64,000 bases of DNA, taken from positions 192,355 to 256,354 of the forward strand of contig CP066686.1 of assembly GCA_016432365.1 (NCBI GenBank). Direction: 5' to 3'. This document shows positions 57,291-64,000 of this stretch, one piece after another; the stretch's first letter is position 1; the number at the start of each line of letters is the position of its first letter. The DNA comes from Candidatus Woesebacteria bacterium. GTDB lineage: Bacteria; Patescibacteriota; Microgenomatia; UBA8517. A model generated the notes under the pieces. It worked only from the letters and a program-made list of their open reading frames with translations, made no database searches and was not told where the DNA came from. The position numbers and the translations under genes were made by a program.

Positions 57291-58022
57291 ATGGATTCAC
57301 TTACTTCCCGTCAAACTCAAATATTAAAGACGATTATCGATGAATATATCGAAACCGCCGAACCTGTGGGAAGCGATGCTTTGGACAAAAAATACAATCT
57401 TGGCGTTTCTCCGGCAACGATCAGAAACGAAATGGTTGCACTTACGAAGTCTGGATATCTCCGCCAACCCCACACCTCTGCAGGAAGAATTCCTTCTCCG
57501 CTTGCGATGAAATTTTACATCAATCAACTTATGGAAGAAAAACAAATGAGCTTGGTCGACGAAGTTAAAGCTAAAGAGGAAGTTTGGGATTCCCGTGATG
57601 ATATTGATGAACTCATGGACGAGGCAACTCATGCATTAGCCTCCCGAACACGTTCCTTGGCTGTGGCAGCGCTTAAAGACAAGAAGGATCGATTTTGGCA
57701 GGCCGGTCATTCTTATGTTTTTAATAATCCTGAGTTTGCCGAAATGGCGGCTTGTCAGAATCTATTTTCAATTTTTGACGAGTTTGATAAACTGGACAGA
57801 CTTTTCTTTGGATTTCAGTCTACCTCGCCCTTGGAAGTTTTATTTGGTGAAGAATTGGGAATGCCGGAGCTTGCTACCTCGGGTATAATTTCGACACATT
57901 TCAATATAAAAGGAAAGCCCGGAGCGCTCGGTGTAATTGGCCCCGCCAGAGCAGACTATGCATCGGTTATTCCGATTTTAAGATATTTTGGTAATTTAAT
58001 TGAGGATGTAGCGAACCAATGA
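57291..58022 (+). CDS. hrcA: Heat-inducible transcription repressor HrcA (short form)
   Basis: 243 aa; N-terminal wHTH RQTQILKTIIDEYIETAEPVGSDAL...SPATIRNEM typical of HrcA. Confidence 0.85.
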   Translation: MDSLTSRQTQILKTIIDEYIETAEPVGSDALDKKYNLGVSPATIRNEMVALTKSGYLRQPHTSAGRIPSPLAMKFYINQLMEEKQMSLVDEVKAKEEVWDSRDDIDELMDEATHALASRTRSLAVAALKDKKDRFWQAGHSYVFNNPEFAEMAACQNLFSIFDEFDKLDRLFFGFQSTSPLEVLFGEELGMPELATSGIISTHFNIKGKPGALGVIGPARADYASVIPILRYFGNLIEDVANQ

Positions 58023-58501
58023 TGAAAATCAAAAAGACTGCATCATCTGATGCGCAAAAATCAAAAGTCAAAAGTGAAGACAAAATACACGAAGAAATTG
58101 AGGTTATGAAAGGGATGTTGGCAAGGACTTTGGCGGATTATGATAATTTAAAAAGAAGAACCGAAGAAGAGAAAATTTCATGGACGAAGTTTTCGTCTCT
58201 CAGTATAATTTCAAGGTTGTTGCCAATATTAGATATGTTGGAGAAAGGTCAGGAACATCTTAAAGATTCGGGTCTTGCAATTGCAATTTTAGAATTCAAA
58301 AAAGTTTTTATTGAAGAAGGACTAGAGGAAGTGAATCCCAAAATCGGAAGCGAGTTTGATGAAAACACACAAGAAGTTGTTGAAGTTGTTGACGGAAAAG
58401 TGGATAATATGATCTCAGAAGTGGTCGTAACCGGTTGGAAGTTTAAAGACGGTAATGTTGTAAGACATGCTAAGGTGAAAGTAACGAAAGTTAATAATTA
58501 A
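58019..58501 (+). CDS. grpE: Nucleotide exchange factor GrpE
   Basis: 160 aa; LARTLADYDNLKRRTEEE and C-terminal beta-domain; 4-nt overlap with hrcA. Confidence 0.85.
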   Translation: MMKIKKTASSDAQKSKVKSEDKIHEEIEVMKGMLARTLADYDNLKRRTEEEKISWTKFSSLSIISRLLPILDMLEKGQEHLKDSGLAIAILEFKKVFIEEGLEEVNPKIGSEFDENTQEVVEVVDGKVDNMISEVVVTGWKFKDGNVVRHAKVKVTKVNN

Positions 58502-58579
58502 TATATATAAAATTCTGTCAGGAGTTTAAGCGATTCGAAGAATCTCCAAGGATGAATTTTATATAACATTATAAATATT

Positions 58580-60502
58580 ATGGGAAAAATTATAGGAATA
58601 GATCTTGGTACTACAAATAGTTGTTTAGCCGTTATGGAAGGCGGTCGCCCCGTCGTGATTTCTGCAAGTGACACTGGGCGAAACACTACACCGTCTGTTG
58701 TTGAACCGACTAAAAATTTAGTTGGAGATGTTGCCAAGAGACAGATGATTCTCAATGCTAAAAATACCGTATATTCGGCTAAAAGGCTGATGGGTAGGAG
58801 GTTCGAGGACAAAGAAGTTAAGCGCACCATAGAAATGGTTCCTTATAAAGTAGTTTCTGGTAAGGGTGGAATGGCAGATATTGAAGTAGATGGCAAGAAC
58901 TATACTCCTCAAGAAATCGCCGCAAGAGTTCTAATGAAACTCAAAAAGGATGCCGAAAAGTATTTGGGCGAGGATGTGACCCAGGCAGTCATTACTGTCC
59001 CAGCCTACTTTGACGATTCTCAAAGGCAGGCCACAAAACAAGCCGGAGAAATTGCCGGACTTAAAGTAGAAAGAATTATCAATGAGCCAACCGCGGCGGC
59101 TTTGGCCTACGGACTTGATAAAAAGAATGCTCACAAAATTGCCGTTTACGACTTGGGTGGAGGAACTTTTGATATTTCGGTATTAGAACTTGGAGATGGA
59201 GTTTTTGAAGTCAAAGCTACAAACGGAGATACCCATTTAGGTGGAGACGATTTTGATGCTGTAATAGTTGACTACATTGTCTCTGAATTCAAAAAAGAAA
59301 ATTCGGTCGACCTTAAGGCCGATTCCCAGGCCCTACAGAGAGTTCGTGATGCCGCCGAAAAAGCCAAGATAGAACTTTCCGCTGCCAACGAAGTAGAAAT
59401 TAACCAGCCTTATATAACCCAGAATAACGGCGCGCCGCTTCACCTTACAATGAAATTAACCCGCGCAAAACTTGAGAGTTTGGTTGACGATCTAATTCAA
59501 AAGACAATCAAACCTGTTGAGGCTTGTTTGAAAGATGCCAAACTTGATGCGCACGATATTGATGAGGTAATTATGGTCGGAGGAATGACCAGAATGCCCA
59601 AAGTGGTTGAGGTTGTTAAGAACTTTTTTGGAAAGGACCCGAATCAGTCAGTTAACCCCGACGAGGTCGTGGCAATCGGAGCTGCAATTCAAGGTGGAGT
59701 TTTGGGAGGCGAAGTAAAAGACATTCTTTTGCTGGACGTTACACCCTTAACTCTTGCTATCGAAACAATGGGGAATATTGCCACCCCCATGATTCCAAGG
59801 AATACCACTGTTCCAACCAGTAAAACTGAAACATTTTCTACAGCCAGCGACAATCAAACACAAGTCCAGATAGTTGTCACTCAAGGAGAACGCCCAATGA
59901 GCGCAGACAACAAGACCCTGGGTACTTTTGTTTTGGATGGAATTCCGCCCGCCCCGCGTGGAGTGCCTCAAGTTGAAGTCACCTTTGATATGGATGCCAG
60001 CGGAATTTTGACCGTCACGGCAAAAGACAAGGCGACCAACAAGACTCAAAACATTAAAATTACTGGCGCTGTTGGTTTGTCTGACGATGAAGTTAAAAGA
60101 ATGCAGGAAGAGGCGGAAAAGCATAAAGAGGAAGATGAAAAGAAAGCGGACGTTATTAAAACCAAAAATAGTGCTGATGCAATGGTGGCAACAGCAGAAA
60201 AATCACTTAAAGATGCCGGGGACAAGGTTCCTGCGGACGTAAAAGAAAAGGTTGAAGAGAAAATTAAGAAAGTAAAAGAAGTTGCAGGGAAAGAAGATGC
60301 CTCAAAAGAGGATATCGAAAGCGCAACAAAAGAGCTGTCAGAAGAATTATCTAAGATTGGGGAAGCAATGTACGCAGATAAAAATCAAAATCCAAATGTC
60401 AAAAGTCAAAATGGGGAAGAAAAGAGCGATGAATCCAAAACAGAGGAAAAATCTGACAAAAAAGATGACGCCAAAGTTGAAGAGGGCGAAGTGGTAGAAT
60501 AG
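58580..60502 (+). CDS. dnaK: Molecular chaperone DnaK (Hsp70)
   Basis: 640 aa; [27 protein letters not shown] and other Hsp70 signatures. Confidence 0.95.
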   Translation: MGKIIGIDLGTTNSCLAVMEGGRPVVISASDTGRNTTPSVVEPTKNLVGDVAKRQMILNAKNTVYSAKRLMGRRFEDKEVKRTIEMVPYKVVSGKGGMADIEVDGKNYTPQEIAARVLMKLKKDAEKYLGEDVTQAVITVPAYFDDSQRQATKQAGEIAGLKVERIINEPTAAALAYGLDKKNAHKIAVYDLGGGTFDISVLELGDGVFEVKATNGDTHLGGDDFDAVIVDYIVSEFKKENSVDLKADSQALQRVRDAAEKAKIELSAANEVEINQPYITQNNGAPLHLTMKLTRAKLESLVDDLIQKTIKPVEACLKDAKLDAHDIDEVIMVGGMTRMPKVVEVVKNFFGKDPNQSVNPDEVVAIGAAIQGGVLGGEVKDILLLDVTPLTLAIETMGNIATPMIPRNTTVPTSKTETFSTASDNQTQVQIVVTQGERPMSADNKTLGTFVLDGIPPAPRGVPQVEVTFDMDASGILTVTAKDKATNKTQNIKITGAVGLSDDEVKRMQEEAEKHKEEDEKKADVIKTKNSADAMVATAEKSLKDAGDKVPADVKEKVEEKIKKVKEVAGKEDASKEDIESATKELSEELSKIGEAMYADKNQNPNVKSQNGEEKSDESKTEEKSDKKDDAKVEEGEVVE

Positions 60503-60506
60503 CTTC

Positions 60507-61391
60507 ATGTCCACCAGCACCGATTACTACGATATATTAGGAGTCTCAAAAGGTGCTTCTGCTGACGAAATTAAAAAAGCATATCGCAAGCAGGCTTTGG
60601 AGTGGCATCCGGATAGACACAAAGATGACAAAGAAGCGGCAGAAAAAAGATTCAAAGAAATAAATGAGGCTTATCAGGTGCTTAGCGACCCAAAAAAGAA
60701 ATCAATGTTTGACCAGTATGGCAGTGCGGGTGGTCCAGCTGGGAACCCATTCGCCGGAGGAGGATCCCCGTTCGCACAAGGCTTCGGGGGACAAGGGTCT
60801 CCTTTTACCTATACTTACACTTCGGGTGGTGAAAATCCGTTTGGAAATGTTGATTTTGGCGATCCGTTTGATATTTTTGAATCATTTTTCGGTGGGGGCG
60901 GGTCACCGTTCGGCGCCCGCCAAGGTCGCAGTATCCCAAGGTATTCGATAAATCTTGACTTTATGGAGGCTGTACAGGGAGTTTCAAAAGAGGTTGACGT
61001 TGGGGGAAAGAAAAGAAAGATCAAGATACCTGCCGGTATATATGAAGGAGCGAGAATCAATTTCGGTGACTTTACGCTTTCGGTTAATATAAAGCCCGAT
61101 AAGGTTTTTGAGCGTCAGGATGATGATATCTATGTAACCGTAGGAATCCCATTCTCCCTCGCCGTACTCGGCGGTGAGATAAAAGTTCCAACTATTGAGG
61201 GTGAAATTAAAATCAAAATCCGCCAAGGGACTCAAAGTGGAGTAATGATGAGGCTTAGAGAGCAGGGTGTTCCACATTTGCACGGGCGCGGAAAAGGCGA
61301 TGAATATATCCGTATAAACGTCATTATCCCTGAAAAATTAAACAGAAATCAAAAAAGTTTGATTGAGGAGATGAAGGAAGAGGGATTGTAG
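60507..61391 (+). CDS. dnaJ: DnaJ-family co-chaperone lacking the Cys-rich zinc-finger domain (type II / CbpA-like)
   Basis: 294 aa; J-domain with HPD (WHPDRH), Gly/Phe-rich linker, two C-terminal beta-domains; no CxxCxGxG repeats. Confidence 0.8.
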   Translation: MSTSTDYYDILGVSKGASADEIKKAYRKQALEWHPDRHKDDKEAAEKRFKEINEAYQVLSDPKKKSMFDQYGSAGGPAGNPFAGGGSPFAQGFGGQGSPFTYTYTSGGENPFGNVDFGDPFDIFESFFGGGGSPFGARQGRSIPRYSINLDFMEAVQGVSKEVDVGGKKRKIKIPAGIYEGARINFGDFTLSVNIKPDKVFERQDDDIYVTVGIPFSLAVLGGEIKVPTIEGEIKIKIRQGTQSGVMMRLREQGVPHLHGRGKGDEYIRINVIIPEKLNRNQKSLIEEMKEEGL

Positions 61392-61392
61392 C

Positions 61393-62214
61393 TTATCCCA
61401 GGAAAATGCCTTCCCTCGGTACAAAAATAAGTCTTGATGCAAAACTACTTCCACCATAAGGTTCCATAAAATCGTCTTCGTAATTTATAGCTATATAGTT
61501 TTTATCGACATTCAGATTAAAAGGAAGTGCGACGATGCTTTTCTCGCCGAAAAACCTTGCATATTCAAAGGCTATATCAACGTTGTTGTCAACATCCACT
61601 CCCATTGCCCCAACATATTCGTTAAAATTAATATCTGGATCTCTCCATCCGGCAGATTTAAGTTGTCGCTCAAGCAGGATTTTTATTTGCTGCCATTTAC
61701 CCGGAAGCACAACGTAATCTTCTGCATCAATGTTGCGGTAGTTTCTTTCGGCAAAGTTTGACAGTTTTCCGTTAGGATCGTAAAGTTCGGTGACAAGGAG
61801 GTCTGATGCAACCAATCTTGTTGCTAGTCGATGGGTATCGGTCAGCGACATCCCTAAAATCTCCCTTTCGGGAAAGCCGTGAAGTTTTAATACTTTTTGG
61901 GCCATAAAATGTAACTTTGGTTTTTTGGTTTTTTCGTCACCAAAATTTGGTCCGAGAATAGTATTTATTCTTGATGAGGAATTTTTATGAAGTTCTGCTC
62001 TTCGCTGTTCAATAAATTGAACTGTCTCCCCATGCACAATTCCATTAAGTAGTTTTTCAGGTTGTATTACCGCTCTTTTTTTGGCTGATGTTTGTCTTTC
62101 CATGCCGGCATTATAATATAGGATATAAGTATTGTCAAACCTTATACTGTTAGTTGACATATAAGAATATCTGAATATAAACTTAAGACGTGCCACAGGA
62201 AAACACACCATCAC
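61393..62214 (-). CDS. Hypothetical protein
   Basis: 273 aa; no recognisable motif; start may be the internal Met MERQTSAKK (about 62103). Confidence 0.35.
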   Translation of the reverse strand: MMVCFPVARLKFIFRYSYMSTNSIRFDNTYILYYNAGMERQTSAKKRAVIQPEKLLNGIVHGETVQFIEQRRAELHKNSSSRINTILGPNFGDEKTKKPKLHFMAQKVLKLHGFPEREILGMSLTDTHRLATRLVASDLLVTELYDPNGKLSNFAERNYRNIDAEDYVVLPGKWQQIKILLERQLKSAGWRDPDINFNEYVGAMGVDVDNNVDIAFEYARFFGEKSIVALPFNLNVDKNYIAINYEDDFMEPYGGSSFASRLIFVPREGIFLG

Positions 62215-62705
62215 CAGCTGTCAGTCAGCTACAACCCCAGATTGATCCTCAGGCTGCTTCCACTGCTGGAACGGTAGTTTACGCAGGTTTTTGGGCCCGA
62301 TTTGGGGCTTCATTATTGGACGGGCTTATTATCGGTGTGGTCTCTTTTGTAATCAATCTTGTAATGGGGATTGTTACCGCGGTTGCGGGGGGTGGTTCAG
62401 CTTCTTCTGTCGTCGCAGTAGTTTCCATGGTGGTGTCATTAATATTTTTTGTACTCGAACTTGTCTACTTTATCTATTTTATAGGGGCAAAAGGGCAGAC
62501 TTTGGGTAAGATGGCACTTAAAATTAAGGTTGTAAAGGTGGGGACTACTGAGGCGCCAGGATATCTTAAGGCTTTTTTGAGGGAGGTTGTAGGAAAATTC
62601 ATATCATCTTTTGTATTCCTGCTCGGATTCTTGTGGATGCTTTGGGATAAAAATAAGCAGACGTGGCACGATAAAATCGCTGGTACTGTAGTTGTTAAAG
62701 TCTAA
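62190..62705 (+). CDS. RDD family membrane protein
   Basis: GTG start; YAGFWARFGASLLDGLII, GQTLGKMALKIKVV and WHDKIAGTVVV are the RDD-family hallmarks. Confidence 0.75.
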   Translation: MPQENTPSPAVSQLQPQIDPQAASTAGTVVYAGFWARFGASLLDGLIIGVVSFVINLVMGIVTAVAGGGSASSVVAVVSMVVSLIFFVLELVYFIYFIGAKGQTLGKMALKIKVVKVGTTEAPGYLKAFLREVVGKFISSFVFLLGFLWMLWDKNKQTWHDKIAGTVVVKV

Positions 62706-63738
62706 CTTCATGCAAAACATTGATTACGGAAAGATAATCAAGCGCTCCTGGGAGCTGACCTGGAAAAATAAATGGCTGTGGGTAATGGGACTGGTGCTGG
62801 CGGCTTTTGGCGGCGGCAGTTCCGGTGGCAGTGGTGGGGGCGGTGGTTCAAGTAGTTCCAATGTAAATATTCCCGATGCTTCTCCTAGTCCAAATCCAAC
62901 AAATATCCAAAACATACGGGAACAGACGTCATATGTTTTGGGGGAGGCCACAAATATTTTTAAAAATTGGGTTACTGGGATTCCAGTCGGAACGTGGATT
63001 CTCCTGGGGCTTCTGATTTTAATAGTTGCGGTTTTTACAACTGCCGTACTCTGGGTGCTGACGTCTTGGGCTAAAGGAGCGCTGATTGCGGGACTGAATA
63101 TGGCCGATATGGACGAGGCGGTTGATTTGAAAAAAGTTTCACCAAAAGGAATCGCCAAAATCAAAGATTTAATTATTTTCAATTTGATTTCGTTTGGTAT
63201 AACTACTGTTTTAATTTTAGGTTTAATTTTCATTATAGGAATTGGTTTTCTAATCAAGCTATTAATACCCGTGCTCGGAATTATCTGGCTAATTCTTTTT
63301 GGGATAGTTGGAGTATTGGGTTTTATTGTCGCCATGGTTCTTTTTGTTATGCTTTCTATTTATGCAGAACGATTGATAGTTCTTAAAGATTACTCTCCAT
63401 GGAAGGCCTGGAAAAAAGGCCTATCATTAAGTAAAGGTAACTTTATCCCCACTTTTGTAATGGGTATTATCAATTCGGCGATAGGTTGTGCCTCGGGTTG
63501 TGTGGGGCTTTTAATCTTAGGTCTGGCGCTTGGAATCCCCGGTTATTTTTTGATTGCGCCTTCATTTGATAACGGGTTTCATTTTCCCGGGGCCGGTCAG
63601 ATAATTGGAATCGCGATTTTGTTTTTGGTATTTGTTTCTATTAATTCATTGATTAAAGCGGTGTTTATAGTATTTAATTACGGAAATTGGAACTTGTTGT
63701 TTAAAGAAATTTTTAAGGAGGAGACAAAAGATGAATAA
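62692..63738 (+). CDS. Hypothetical polytopic membrane protein with Gly/Ser-rich linker
   Basis: 348 aa; GGGSSGGSGGGGGSSSS linker, then about 6 TM helices. Confidence 0.45.
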   Translation: MLKSNFMQNIDYGKIIKRSWELTWKNKWLWVMGLVLAAFGGGSSGGSGGGGGSSSSNVNIPDASPSPNPTNIQNIREQTSYVLGEATNIFKNWVTGIPVGTWILLGLLILIVAVFTTAVLWVLTSWAKGALIAGLNMADMDEAVDLKKVSPKGIAKIKDLIIFNLISFGITTVLILGLIFIIGIGFLIKLLIPVLGIIWLILFGIVGVLGFIVAMVLFVMLSIYAERLIVLKDYSPWKAWKKGLSLSKGNFIPTFVMGIINSAIGCASGCVGLLILGLALGIPGYFLIAPSFDNGFHFPGAGQIIGIAILFLVFVSINSLIKAVFIVFNYGNWNLLFKEIFKEETKDE

Positions 63739-64000
63739 TATTGCAAGCCCTTGGCAAAGACTATTGGCACGAATAATCGATGTCACATTTTCGTGGCTTT
63801 TCCCGATCTTCTTAATCAATCTTTTTTCGACTTCAACTGATACTGCCAGCATGCTTAACAATCTGTCTTTGTATTTGGTGTTACAGGTCCTGGTCTATCC
63901 TATCGTTTATATATTTTTCACCTCATTTCTTATATCTAGATTTGGTGGAACAGTGGGTAAACTGGTAATTGGAATAAAGGTTGTTCTTGCGGACGGTCAT
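63731..64000 (+). CDS. RDD family membrane protein (5' partial, runs off the window)
   Basis: WQRLLARIIDVTF... and GGTVGKLVIGIKVV RDD motifs; no stop before 64000. Confidence 0.6.
   Translation, partial: MNNIASPWQRLLARIIDVTFSWLFPIFLINLFSTSTDTASMLNNLSLYLVLQVLVYPIVYIFFTSFLISRFGGTVGKLVIGIKVVLADGH

Noticed and set aside
62724-63335. 203-aa minus-strand ORF antisense to the Gly/Ser-linker membrane protein
   Set aside because: The Pro-rich stretch PPPPPLPPELPPP is the reverse translation of the Gly-rich linker codons; no independent support.

Overview
The window is a 64 kb, low-GC, gene-dense chromosomal segment, almost entirely housekeeping or core-like. Its content (minimal ValRS and MetRS, TM-anchored solute-binding protein, FemAB, LCP and MurJ wall genes, DedA, RDD proteins, YerC, many small membrane proteins, a four-helix-bundle 'IVS' protein) suggests a Gram-positive-like, reduced genome such as Candidate Phyla Radiation / Patescibacteria; this is inference from gene content. 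Main blocks, in order: (1) rnhA, a large DUF4012 protein and rplY; (2) a minus-strand operon valS - tsaD - 2H phosphoesterase - tsaC/tsaE fusion - dedA - vanW; (3) a solute-binding protein and a nucleotidyltransferase; (4) groES-groEL behind a TTGACA-N17-TAAAAT promoter plus a CIRCE operator; (5) an AlkA-like glycosylase, an M23 peptidase and a tRNA-Cys(GCA); (6) a cell-envelope glycosylation locus (PEGA/SH3 protein, UbiA prenyl-phosphate transferase, WecA/MraY-type GT4, GT39, UDP-xylose synthase, processive GT2) ending at metG; (7) a small-gene operon with a TrpR-like YerC protein, rmuC, and a folate-type trio (SHMT-like enzyme, MBL hydrolase, DHFR-like reductase); (8) an Ala-rich repeat protein, a CBS protein, a UvrD-helicase/PD-(D/E)XK nuclease fusion, ridA, two tandem FemAB paralogs and a second UvrD/PcrA helicase; (9) LCP ligase plus two very large GT-C membrane glycosyltransferases, one a double GT-C fusion; (10) an orphan four-helix-bundle protein, cysteine-rich surface proteins (DUF11, LPXTG-like tail, FN3), a standalone PEP-utilizing swivel-domain protein, and pilN-pilO without pilM; (11) rpsT, murJ, and a CIRCE-controlled hrcA-grpE-dnaK-dnaJ operon, then RDD-family membrane proteins. 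No CRISPR array, transposase or rRNA gene was seen. Most notable: a Cys-rich insertion in the GroES roof loop, a TsaC-TsaE fusion next to TsaD, two heptanucleotide tandem repeats (7 is not a multiple of 3) inside the helicase-nuclease gene, a 17-nt duplication of the tRNA-Cys 3' end 70 bp away, and several structured or repeat-bearing intergenic regions. Several starts in the ORF track are TTG/GTG; an ATG start is given where it is evident.
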